NCBI GenBank assembly: GCA_013265495.1
Contig: MU058790.1
Location: 62,001-126,000, forward strand
Direction of reading: 5' to 3'
Length of the DNA stretch: 64,000 bases
DNA from: Vicugna vicugna
Lineage: Eukaryota
Both the position numbers and the translations under genes were made by a program. How positions within the stretch are numbered: position 1 is the first letter of the stretch; each line of letters opens with the position of its first letter. This document shows, in pieces, positions 1 to 13,509 of this stretch. Under the pieces are notes generated by a model. It made no database searches and was not told the origin of the DNA. It was given only the letters and a program-made list of their open reading frames with translations.

Positions 1-298
1 CTACTATTGCGACAAGAGGAGGAAATCCCATTCTTGTGGGCAGTTCCTCTTGGGAAAGTTTCATACTGTAGATGCAGTTCCCCAATGTGGCCAAGGAGAA
101 TGTTCATTTTTACTGGCTCAAAAATCTCTTTCAATTTTAGATATTTTCATGCATTCCTTTGTAGAAGAAATTGACTAATCTAATATCAACTATATAAACA
201 AGCCGACAAAGATTAACTTGACTTCTAAAATGTTTTGTCCCATGAATCTTTAATTAGCTACCACCCTTAACACATCCTTTTTTCATTCTTTCCTCTGA

Positions 299-430
<132 letters not shown>

Positions 431-1734
431 TAACTATATCATGGCCAAGTCTGCCTAAGTTCTCTATATCATTGGTCAGACCTCTCTTTGGTTTCTTTTG
501 GTTAAACTTAGGGCAGCGAGATGACCTACAGGTTGTGGCGTGTACCTACCTTGATAGTCAAATGATTGGGCCTTTTAATTGGGAAAACTAGAAGTTAACA
601 TTCTCTGTAGAAAAATGAACCCAAGTGTTTTGTGTAAATAAATCTCCTGTATGTGTGTGTCTGTGTGTCTATCTCTGTGTGTGTGTGTATAGAGGGGTGG
701 GGCGTCGAGTGATGATGGTGATTAGTTAAGAGTGAAGAAACAGAAGAGGTGAGTTCAAAGGGCATACATTGAGCCTTAAAATACTCAGATACCGAAAGAA
801 CCAGGGAACCAAGGGTAGGTCTGATTGAGATTGAGATAGTTTCCCAGGTCCTCTATACCTCCTTTTCTGTGCTTTGTTTGTAATCGCAGAATATCAGAGT
901 TAAAATGACCAAAGTCTCAAGCAAGCTAATAATTAAACTACATTTAGAATTGAGTCTGCTAACTCCAAATATATAGTAGTTTTTTTTTCCCCACGCGTCT
1001 ATGCTGCTTCTTACCACTAAATACATAGAAATGGAATCTCCTTGTTACAGTTTCAGGAAACATCAGGCATAAGTCTTTTTATCAAACAAAATTTAATTCA
1101 ATTCAATTCAGTTCAAAAAGTATTTAGCAAAAGCTTACCATGGATTGTTTTTGCAAAACACACAAGTTCCTCCTGTCCACCACCTTAGCTTTTCTTTCTT
1201 GGCCTCTATGGAAGGTCATAGTAAAGTTAGTCCAGCTGGCATTGGAAATCTTGAAATATAGGAAGCCACAACAGTTCTCCTTTTATGATATTTATATTGT
1301 ACTATGTGAAAAAGCCCACAGATCAGCAAAATAGCCACCACAAAATTTCCCTTACTAGGCTAGAACCAACTAACCAGGCAAGTATTTCCCTTATGCATAT
1401 TTCTAAGGGAAACTTGTTTTCTTGTGAAGAAAATAGATATTCATTTTCTTCTCATGTGAACACTCATAAGAGACAAGGTGCTATACAAAAGTATTCCGGT
1501 GACGATGCTGTCCACTAGTACATTGCATTCCCTTTTCTCCCAATTTTGCCTCTAGTAGCAAAATTATAATACGGTAAAAATTGTTTTCACCACACAAAAT
1601 TGTGACATGGTAAACATAATTTTCAAAGTAATTTTCATAAATTTTTATTTTCTGTCTTCAAAATGAAGCTTTACAACTCCTTCTTTCAGTGATGAAAGGA
1701 AGTTGATTATAGCCTTGTCATATAAGTTATATTT

Positions 1735-2368
1735 TTTATTGAAGTATAGTTAATTTACAGTGTTGTGGGGGTAGGTATAGCTCAGTGGTAGAGCACATGC
1801 TTAGCATGCAGGAGGTCATGGGTTCGATCCCCAGTACCTCCAGTTAAATTAAAAAAATAATAATAAAGAAACCTAATTACCTCCCTCCAAGAAAAAACCA
1901 ACCAACAAACAAAAGCAAAGAAAAAATTTACAATGTTATTTTAGTTTCTCATAAATAGCAAAGTGATTGTTACATACATATATATTCTTTTTCATAGTAT
2001 TTTCCATTACAGTTTATTATAAGATTGACTGTAGTTTCCTGTGCTATACAATAAGACCTTATTGTTGATCTATGTATCTATTTTATATATAGTAGTTTGT
2101 ATCTGCTAATCCCAACCTCCTTATTTATTCCTCCCCCCTTTCCCCTTTGGTAACCATAAGTTTGTTTTTTATGTCTGTGAGTCTGTTTCTGTTTTGTAAG
2201 TTCATTTGTAGTATAGTGTAGATTCCACATATAAGTGATATCATATGGTATTTGTCTTTCTCTGTCTGACTTACTTCACTTAGGTATGATGATCTAGATC
2301 CATCCATGTTGCTGCAAATGGCATTATTTCATTCTTTTTTATGGCTGAGTAGTATTCCACTGTATTTA
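1735..2368 (-). mobile_element. 5'-truncated L1 3' end in CYBB intron 8, interrupted by a SINE
   Basis: Typical L1 3'UTR and ORF2 tail (LSEVSQTEKDKYHMISLICGI). Flanked by the TSD ataagttatattt at 1722-1734 and 2373-2385. Confidence 0.9.
1767..1924 (+). mobile_element. tRNA-Ala-derived SINE (vic-1-like)
   Basis: A box TAGCTCAGTGG, B box GGTTCGATCC, family 3' motif aaacctaattacctcc, A-rich tail. TSD aatttaca(g/a)tgtt at 1752-1764 and 1925-1937. Confidence 0.9.
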
Positions 2369-3047
2369 TCACATAAGTTATATTTAAATCACAAGTTTTA
2401 GAAATGTTTGGCAATTTTTATTAAAAGGATTTCCATTCTCCTGCTCCTCCTCACTCTCAAAAAGAAAAGCTCACTCAGCAGTATCAGTCAGTGTTAAGAA
2501 GCTGCTATTTTGTTTCTATTGATTTTTCTTTCCTTTGACGTCACTTGGTTTATTTTTAGTTGTACATATGAAGTCCTTCTAGGATCTCAGAAATTATCAA
2601 AGAAACAGTATGTTACTTTCTGTATTACAATGAAAGCTTTTTGTTGTGTTCTATTTTCAAAAACTATTTATCAGTTCACCAGCTGATGGACACTTGGACT
2701 GTTTGCAGTTTTTTTGCTATTATAAATGAAGCTGTCATGAACATTCATTTATATGGAGAATGAGGATGGCAGCAGGTGGGTGGGGCCTGGCTTTGGGAGA
2801 GCTGGATGGTATATTCCCTAGGTAGGGAGTCAGGCAGGTTCAAGGTGACTCAGAACCAGCACATTAGGCTTGGTTTGGGGGCTATTGCTATATAACTAGC
2901 CAGTGGGGTGTCCTTCTTCTTCTATGCAGCTGCTGAGACTCTTGATCATCCCCTGGGGAGACAGGAAGGCTGAGCAGGAAACCATTTCTCCTTCCTGTTC
3001 CTAGCAACTGCCTTGACTTCTTAGAGAAAAAAAATCACCATAGGCTG

Positions 3048-3330
3048 GTGTCTTAGGTTGGATTCCCTAGCAAAGACTCAGACAGAGAACTGCATGCAGA
3101 AGGTTTGCTGGGGTGTGTTCTCAGGAGATGAACCTATAAAAGAAAAGAAAGGCAGGACTCGAGGAGGGAAACTGCTGACCGTCCATGTCGTTGCAACTGC
3201 AGCCCAGCTGACCGTACAGGAAGTGCTGGAGTTGGGGTGGCCCCTGGGAGTTGTCCCAAAGTGAGGACAGGGGCCAGGCCTTTGTATCCCCGCCTCAGTT
3301 CATTGTTGGCCATGGGCTACAGCCGAGGGC
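3048..3330 (-). mobile_element. Old ERVL LTR fragment (LTR16-like)
   Basis: tgtcttaggttggattccctagcaaagactcagacagag... resembles a recalled LTR16-family terminus. Confidence 0.5.
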
Positions 3331-3452
3331 ACTTCCCAATGAGAGAGAGAGACACTTTGGCTGGAGGGACTGCTGTGTTGGCCCCGAAGAAAGGAACTGG
3401 GTGGGGCATCTTAGCTCAGCCCTTGAAAGGCAAGTATTGGGGGAAAGTGTAG

Positions 3453-3734
<282 letters not shown>

Positions 3735-4288
3735 TGAGTACAAAGCACCTATCACAAAGGGGCATGAGTTGCTGAAAAATGTCACTAAACAGCTTCGCTT
3801 CTCCCATCTCTCACCGTACTGGCCCCTGAGACTGACAAAACACAAGGTCTGCAAATCGAGCCATCTACCTCAGTGTTCCCCATTTTATATGTGTGGCATG
3901 TTTGCATATGTGTTTATAAATCTTTTGTGAAATATAAAATATTGGAATCCAATTTTAATAATGGATATTCCCAAATTCCCTTAAATTTGTCAGGGTCAAG
4001 GCCAAGGTATATAACTTTCAATCAAAGGTATACTTCAAATTTAATTGGTATCCGTTAATTGAGGGTAAATGCTGCCTGTTAGTCACTTGGCCTCCTCCTT
4101 CCCACATGCCTAACATGGTGTCAGGCACTGAGTAGATGCCAAAGAAAAGTTTGTCAAATAACTCAATGAAAAGACAGTTGAAAAGTACAGATATTAAGTT
4201 TATCAGCTATTACAACATAGACAATTCTCACTTTAATGGACAATGTAAGCAAGAATTTCAAGTGTTGGCTGCCCTGGTAAGAGACACA

Positions 4289-4291
<3 letters not shown>

Positions 4292-4345
<54 letters not shown>
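4292..4345. repeat. (GT)27 microsatellite in CYBB intron 9
   Basis: Perfect dinucleotide run read directly from the sequence. Confidence 0.97.
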
Positions 4346-4346
<1 letters not shown>

Positions 4347-4548
4347 GTGGGTGAGGAGAGGTGGGGACACGTAAAAACAATAGCCTTGAGATTGACCAAA
4401 TGTGTTCAGTTAGGTAAAAATTCATCTTCTTACTTCTAATCCCAATGTTCACGTGAGTTGATTACTTGAAAGCTATTTCACAGAAGACACTGCCCCATCG
4501 ATACATTGTCCTAGTTTGAAGTGACACATTGCACACTCCCAGTCATAA

Positions 4549-4797
<249 letters not shown>

Positions 4798-5919
4798 TAA
4801 GCGAAGCCTGAGAGAGCCTTCAGGGCAGAGGCTGGCTGAGACCAGGGAGAGCAAAGACAAGTTCTGGATGGTTCCAGAGAGCCAGGCTTCTTGCAAAAGG
4901 GCCATCTGATAATAAATGTGCTTTTATATAAGCAGGTTTATTATTGAAAGTAATATGCTGTATTCGTATAGAATTACTAGAAATTCAGAAGAAAGAGAGT
5001 TGGGACAGAGAGAAAGTATTCACAACCCCAGTTCAATGGTTAGCCTTTCTGTACATTCTCTTCCAGTATTTTTCCACATGCTTACATCTTTTGAAAGTTG
5101 TATATATTGAGTAGGTACAACTTCCTGTCCTGCTCTTTTTAAAATATATTATAGTGTTTTTCAGTGTTGTCACAAGCTTGATAATGATCATTTTAAATGA
5201 TTCCTTTGTGTTCCATTGAGAGGACACAGAATAATTTTTCTGTCATCCTGTGTTAGCCATTGAAATTGATTCCATTTCCCGCCCCTGAGCACATTTATTT
5301 GCAGGGGGAGGACAGGAGACTTGTCCTTTCAGGACACTTAAGCTTTCTTATGGCTAGTAAAATCCTCGGAATAAATTCCCAGGAGATTTTTTTTGTCACA
5401 TACAAGTTTCGTTTCATTGCCTGATAAAGGGCATCTTTAATAAAGCTTGAGTCATTCTAATAACTGTAGAGATAACCTCTAATTGGCACATTGATCTTTC
5501 CTTGACTTTTCATTCTCCCCTTTCCCTCTTTTCTACGTGGGGGAGGGAGGGCGGGACTCCTTTTTCCCCTAGGAACTCAGGCATGTCTGGCAGTAGCACC
5601 ATCTAGGTGCTGTCGGTCTTCCCGAGAGGAGGTACAGAGGAAGCCAGGGATTCTGGGGGGCAAGAGCAGACCCAGAGGGAAAGTGGCAGGCTAATGTTTT
5701 CTTCTTAAGCTACATATTTCTGAGTACAGGCTATTTATTTACTGCCCTGTCATGTGAAGGCCAGAGCAGTTTCACGTGAGCTAATCTGTCAAGTGTCCAG
5801 AGCTTTCTGAAAACCTAGGCATTCTGAGCAGCAGGGAAATGGGGGAGGGTAGAAATCCCTGTCGAGGCTGAGAGAGCCTATTTAAATATGATCTGCTGCA
5901 TGGCCTGTCCCTCTTTTAG

Positions 5920-6132
<213 letters not shown>

Positions 6133-6524
6133 TAATCGGAGCATCTTATGTACTGTTTTTACCAAGAACGGTCAGTGGAGTCCCATGATCCAGCCCATTC
6201 ACCCTCACTTGGTATCCCCACCTGTTCAGACTGTTGAGACTATATTCAAAGTTGGTGTCTGTGGGACAGATCAAAGCTAAGGAGCCTACAAGGGAATAAA
6301 AGCCCTGACTTTGACCTTATTCAGACAATGGCCCCACCAGGGGTCTCGAACCAGGTGAACAAAATGATCCACCGGGTTATGGGAAGAAAATATTAGCTTT
6401 CTCTTTCTCTGTCTCTGTCTCTCTGTAATGATATATATATACACGCATATATATGTACATATATTCCTTTAATATATATTATGCATGTTTTATAATATAC
6501 ACAATACATTTAATAAACAGTAAT

Positions 6525-6750
6525 AATAACTGGTGATAAGTTATTAATACTTGTGCCAAGTATTGTCTTAGTGTTTACATACATTGTCTAATTAAATCCT
6601 CACAGCAACCTTATGAAGTGGCTATTACTATTATCCACATTTGAAAGATGAGGAAGCCAAGGCCCAGAAGGGGTTAGGTCATTTGTCCAAGGGCGTCCAA
6701 GTAGTAAATTCTCCAGAACCTGCACTCTTGGCCACTCCCAGGAGTTCATG
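6525..6750 (-). mobile_element. MIR SINE
   Basis: MIR core aatcctcacagcaaccttatgaag...gatgaggaagccaaggcccagaaggggttaggtcatttgtccaagg. Confidence 0.8.
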
Positions 6751-8198
6751 ATTATCATTTATAAATGAATCAATATATATTGAATGAAGGTGATATGTAT
6801 GCGTGTGTGTATGTGCATATGGATACATGTGTGTAGAACATATGTGTATATATGTATATGTATATATACTCTCTCCCTCCTGAGACATTTAGCAATGAAA
6901 ATATCAATTTTCAATTGATAAGACAATTACAATTATTGATAAGATAGTAACAATTCATAAGACAGCTCCCCCACGGCCAAGAATTATCTGGCCCCAAATG
7001 TCGAAAGTGATGAGATTGAGAAACTCAGAAATAAATTAACAGTTCCTAGAGGGTAGCATCTTTCTGAATAAGCAGACATTAATGACTTGCCCTGGCAGCT
7101 GCATAATCTCACCCCCGGAGTGAAGCGCTAAGGCCAGGGTCTGCCTGCCCGCAGCCGGTGTCTCAGCGCGCCCTCCCGTGCACTGGCTCCTTGACCCTCG
7201 ACGTTTTTCACATGTACCTTGTACCTGTGAAAACTGACTTCTTCTCATGTAGGTTTTGGCATATTGTTTATCATAGATTCTCCAAGTCTTAGAAAAGTCT
7301 TGTTGCAAATGTACGTCTAGGGACACATGACCATGAAAATTGCTGCTCCAGAAAAAGTGGCTTTAAGAGGCCACTTCTGCAATTTAGAAACAAAACAGCA
7401 ACAACAAAATTTGATAAAAATGAAACCCAGTAAAAAAAAATGTGTAATGTATACATTGCTTGGCAATTTTGTTTTTTAAAAAGCCAAACACACTTTTTAA
7501 ATGGGAAATTTATTTACATTGAAAAAGAATTGTTTTACTTTGCAAAACTTTGCCCTTTACAAGGTTGTTAAACCAGAGTAACCACTCTTCTTAACCTCTT
7601 CCATCCCCCATCATTCCTCCCCTGTCTAGTGAATTTAAAATCTGATTTCATTTCATTGTTAAATAAGTTGGATTAACTACTTTTATTAAAAATACCTGTT
7701 AACAGAAAACAACACGTGACTCTGTATACACACACACACACACACACATACTAGCTTCAGGCTTGGTATGATGTCCATTATATTACCAAAATCTGAGTGC
7801 GTTTTAGTCTATGATTGTTTTAATTCTTAGTGATTCCCCCAAAAGAGTGTATTTGGATGAGGAGAGAATGTCAGATGAATTGCTGAGAAAACCAGTGAGA
7901 TAGAGAATTTCAACCCTACCCACACTTCAAAGTCTGGCTCAAATGCTGCCACCCTGAAACCTTCCCAGATCCTGCCCCCTGCCCCGTCTCTCCTTTGTTC
8001 TCATGGAGATGTTTGTGCCTCCTCTATGGTGTTCATGATACCCTATTCTACAAATCGCATGGCTCACGTTTATACTTCAAGGTCTCCCTTTCTAGACGGT
8101 AAAGTGCAGGAAAGAACTAGTTCATTCAGTGTGGTTGACCTTCTGGCTTCCATCGTGGTGACTTGCCCCAAATATATACAGTTAGAATGAGTAGTTAG

Positions 8199-8405
<207 letters not shown>

Positions 8406-8924
8406 TAAGGAGTTCCCCCACTAAGGTGTTCTTGAGGCTTGTGATCTGCATAAAGCTCCCAAACCTGGCTGGATTTGTATATTCTAGAAACTAGAATACC
8501 TGGATCACTATATTCATACCCATAGAAAGTTCTAGATATTGCTGACACTAAGAAGGAGTCTTTAAATCACACCAAAATTGACTGGAGACTTGCAAACAAA
8601 GATTCCCAGGCCTCACCTCAGACTTTCTGAACCCTGCTCCTCCCAAGTAGAGCCATAGCTCAGTTCTTTTCTTTCATCTCCTAAATTTCGCTCGTGTATC
8701 TCCTCCAATAATTCCATATGGTTTGTATTTATTACTAAGGATAAACTGTCCCCACTTTCATATATTGCTTTTGGGTCCTAACTCATAAGTTGACAGATAT
8801 CCCAGGTCCTTTCTGCCCTCACTAAAGTTTGGCCATCATGGAACTTTGAGGGGATCCCCTATCTTGCTAGAACACATGACAAACTCAAGAAATCACCCAT
8901 AAATATACTCTTTACACCACTGCT

Positions 8925-9080
8925 TCTTACACGTTAATGAACATATGAGTCACTTGGGGGATCTTTTTAAAATGCAGACACCGTCTTAGTAAGTGTGGGG
9001 TGGGGCCCAAGAATCTGCATTCTTCAAAAGCTGACCCCGAGGCTCCTGGTCTGGCACCACACCTAAAGGAACGAGGCTTT
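8925..9080. mobile_element. MER5-like hAT-Charlie MITE
   Basis: gagtcacttgggggatctttttaaaatgcaga...gggtggggcccaagaatctgcatt is a MER5 signature. Confidence 0.7.
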
Positions 9081-9460
9081 ATTTTAGAGTCTGAACTGCT
9101 GAGGGATGAAGCCACACCAGGCTGGTGGCAGAGTTGCTGTACCTGAAGCAGGTTTGTTCCTGAATTTAAGATGCCAGAGTGTCTGGGGGCACAGAGCCCT
9201 GAAGGCAAGGAGCCCACAGACTCACAGACTCACCGCCACTTTCTCTGTGGTAGAAATTTCCATAAACCCTGCTTGAATGTCATTTTTCAGAGAAGTCAAC
9301 TGCCTTTTGGAGTATTCAGCTGCCCCCCACAAATAGGACTGAGCCACCCTCCCGCAGGGTAATCTCAACTCTGTCATTTGTGAAAAGACAAAGGAGCAGA
9401 GGGGAATCTGCTCTGGGGCCTAAAATCAATAGGAACCCCCCACCCCAATGTGCTTTATAA

Positions 9461-9640
<180 letters not shown>

Positions 9641-12100
9641 CTGGTCTCTTCCACGGGGAAACTAATGTGGCTTGTACTGCCAAATGCCCAAATAATGTCA
9701 GTTAATAATAGAAGTCCCCCCCTTTAAACAAAAGGAGAAAAAGAAACTATAATGCGATGGTTTTGCCTGAAAGGAACGTCAAGGATTGTTTGATAATGAT
9801 AATTTGCATTTGTATGAGGCTTTTTGGTTTTCAGAGCAATTTTATTAACATTTTTTTCTTCACAGTAATGCCAGAGAGAGTTAGGGCAAGGATTCCCAGT
9901 CTCAGTTTTTAGGATAAAATAAATGGGGCCTCAAAATGGTGAAGTAACTTCCCTAAGATTATGGAGCTGAGACTGGCTCTAGCCCTCTGGCTCCAGGTTT
10001 GGTCATCTTTCAGCAGTACCAGGCTGCCTGGAGATAGGTTTGTATGCTCTCCCCAAAGAAGTAGCTATTCATTTTCCCTTGGGCACCATCTTTGTTATCA
10101 TTACTGTCACATCGAAGGAAAGTTTCCAAATGGGAGATTATCTATGCTGAGAGTGATCCATCACTTAATAGTGACAGTGAACTCCAGTTTAGCAATACAG
10201 CAGCCTAACTGGGTCAGAGATTCTTCCTACAAAAGAATATTAGAGTGACTGGAATTAATGTATTACCCAGCATTTATACTGGTGCTTGACAGAGAGTGGA
10301 TACTCAATGAAAGTTTGTTGAATGAATGAATGAAAAGGCATTTAGAACCATACAGTGCCAGGGTAGAATTAATTGAAAGCCTTCAACAGAATTATCTGAG
10401 GAAATCACTTCTTATCCTCTTGGAGACCAAAGAAACCTGCTTCTCTTGAGAGTAAAGAACAGGCGAAGGTTAGTAACCAATAGGTTGTCCTGGAGTTTCC
10501 CTCACATTCTGACTTGAAGCACGCAGGAGAGGGAGATAGGGGCAGAGAACTGAACGCCTGTCATAACTCTGGCTGGCTCCTTGAATCCTGCTCCCCGTGT
10601 TGTGAAAGAGATGCGAACTGATTTATTGCCTGAAAGGGTCTCCTCTAGCCAGCACTTAGGAATTCGAAATTGAGAATTGTGACAGATGTGTATCTGACAG
10701 GCCCATCTGCTTTAAATGGCAGCCACCCTTTGTTCTACCTAAACACTCACACACGCAACATGGATCTTACTGCTGTAATTAATGGTTTATTGTTCTGTTA
10801 TCATCACCATCATGATGACATTTACATCCCAGAAACTAAAAGCCCTAGCTTACTGTGTAGGTTTTGAATTCATACCCAATAGAATGTTCTGTATATCTGT
10901 GAGTTTGAAAGTCTCTAAATCACTATTAGTGTGGCCAGAAAAGTTTTCTCCACCCCCTCAGAACTGCTTCTACTTCTGGGAACTAAAAACAGATTTATTT
11001 GTTACATCACCTGGGGCCACAGATGTTTAGAACTATTTAACTTTAATAACGAGAAAGAAAGAGAAGGGAGCGGGGGAAGGACAGAAGCCTGGGCTAGGAG
11101 TAAAGGGGAGGGAGGGAAGAGGGAAGAGAAGGAGAGTGAGAGAAAGCAAAAAAAGACAACAAGGAAGGGCAGGAGGAGGGCGTCTCGCGCTGGTCACTTT
11201 CTGCCCCAGATGTCTTAAAGTCTTCTGTGTATTGAATGTAACTGCAGGAGCTATACACATACTCATTTTATTTTGATTACACATAGTATTGAATCTGAAA
11301 TTCTGGCCACAAATTTGATGCTAAGTGGATATACTCAGGGGCTTGGGATGAACTAGTAAGAACTCAGTTGTTCTTTTGGGTTCCCAGGATGCCCAGGACA
11401 CGGAGGGTCAGTCCTGACAAGTCAGGCTTGCTTTGGGAATGTGGCCACCCCACCACATCCCAGAACTGTTTCTGCGTAGAGGAACTTAGGTCCAGCCTGT
11501 TCACACTGCACCCCAGGTATCAGATCATTCGTTCAACAAATTTTTATTGTGCTATTACTATGACTCAGGCTCTGTGTTCCTAGTTTCAATTCTTTACACC
11601 AAAGTGTGAGCCAGAGGGGTAATCAGAGTTACAAGGAGTCTGAGATTCTGGTCCCTCATTAACTTATGTGGCAGAAGTAAAATCAACTCCATTTGTTGCT
11701 CTGAAAATGTTTCTCCAGGGCTTTCCATTTTTTACACCAACAGAGTCACCAAAATGGAGAGATCTGCCCTGTATTATCCAGGTTATGAGATGAAAAGTGA
11801 GTGTAAAAGCACTTGTCATTGTGAGAGCTTCCTTCTCCAGTCTTTTCTTCACAGCCGCCACCTGCCCACGCCGCTTTTTTTAGCATTTAATATTTAGTAA
11901 CAGAGACTGAGAGAATGATTAAGGATTGTTTTTAATCTCAAGGCTATAAAGGCTTTTCTTAGTTCTTTTGCTTTTGCAATATTGCACTTATGAAATTTGA
12001 ATACTTGTAGATGTTGTGTGTGAATAGTTTAGGGGGCCCCTGGGAGATAATTCCTGGGAAGAGCTATTAAAACTGTGCTCAATTATTAAAATTAATGAGC
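9641..12100 (+). other. CYBB: CYBB 3'UTR (approximate end), containing MIR and L2 relics
   Basis: Runs from the stop to the ATTAAA signals. Length is similar to the long human CYBB 3'UTR. MIR-like sequence at about 9850-9990; L2 3' ends at about 10270-10335 and 11525-11580. Confidence 0.7.
12066..12090 (+). terminator. CYBB: Probable CYBB polyadenylation signals
   Basis: ATTAAA at 12066-12071 and 12085-12090, followed by a GT-rich tract (ggtgtctgtgttattgatcttcgtgtt). Confidence 0.65.
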
Positions 12101-12599
12101 CCTCTCGGTGTCTGTGTTATTGATCTTCGTGTTCAAGGGTGGATTCAGAGTGCAAAGATTTTCTCTGCCCCAGTGCAGTTGAGAATCTCTGTGTTTTGTA
12201 GATGACATGCCAAACACCGCACAATTTCTGGATTGAGAAAAGAAACCTGAGTACTGAGTTCTGTACCAGTGTCCTGGTGACCCTCACAGCACTGGTGTAA
12301 GGGAATGGACAAGGGAGTATCACATGATGTTATGGACAGAATTTCAAAGGCAAAGAAGCCCTAATATAAGACTTCTTCCCCCCCCCCCACCGCTCCATTT
12401 CACTCATCTTTTAGGTTCTAACTTTGCAATTAGGTGCCATCAAATCAGACTGTGAATATGTGTCAGTCATTGCTGTAGATGAGTTAACCCCTTACGATCC
12501 CCCAACTCTAGAAAAGGGATAGAGGTGTGAGCATATGTTCCTTGGGAGTCAGTAAGTGCTGCTGCAGGGAGAAAGGTCATTACCTGAAACAAATGTCAA

Positions 12600-12840
12600 T
12601 AATAGAAATAGCTAATGTTTAATAGACACTTTTACTATGCCAAACATTTTACATACACTTTAGCTAATCCCTCAGGACACTGCAAGGTAGCCATTTTACC
12701 CCAATTTCCTTGATTAAAAGAAAAACCGAAGCTGAGAGAGAATAAGTGACAGGCTCGAACTATCTCACAACTACTGGGCAACAGTATCATAATTAAATCC
12801 ACATCTTTCCAGCTGAAAAATCCATGTTCTTAAGACCACA
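12600..12840 (-). mobile_element. MIR SINE
   Basis: Degenerate MIR core (gaaaaaccgaagctgagagagaataagtgac). Confidence 0.6.
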
Positions 12841-13509
12841 CGAGCAGATTAGAGAAGGTATAAGCAACCAAGGATATTTTTAAAGCTATTGTGCTAGGTA
12901 CAGATTATGCACTAAGAATAGCTGGGTAAAAGAGGCTTATACCATCCAAGTATCTTGGTATCTTAGTTTAGAAACATTGGTTAACCTGATTCATGCAAAT
13001 TTTTACTTTTATTTATTTCTAATGTTTTTTCAACTTCATTGAGGTATAGTTGACAAGTAAAAGTATAAGATATTTAAAGCATACGTGATGATTCACCAAA
13101 TAATGTTTTTTCAAAGAACAACAACTTTCACCTATATAACCAAAATGCAGTGAATCAATCCAAGAAATTTAACACTGATACAAAACTATCATTTACTGTA
13201 TAGTCTATGTATAGGTGACATTGTAACCTTAGTGCATTGCCCTAGGAGGTAGGTGTTGTCAGTTTGTCCTGTTATTGGTGGTATTAAGTTTGATCCCTAG
13301 ATTTTTCTTTTATAAATGTAAAGGTATCATTTTACTTTTGTAACTAGTAATTAACATCTGGGGAATACATTCTGACTGTATAAATATTTTCTCCAATAGC
13401 CTTTTAGCCAGTCATTATAACATAAATTGATAAAATTACACTGAATTGATTTTTATAATGATGGTTACAAACTATCTGGATTCTTAGATCTCAGTAGTCT
13501 GCCAATTTC

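Noticed and set aside
1771..1842. Apparent tRNA-Ala(AGC) gene (also at about 38006 and other copies)
   Set aside because: Mismatches in the acceptor, anticodon and T stems, plus a family-specific tail, A-rich end and TSD, show it is a SINE.
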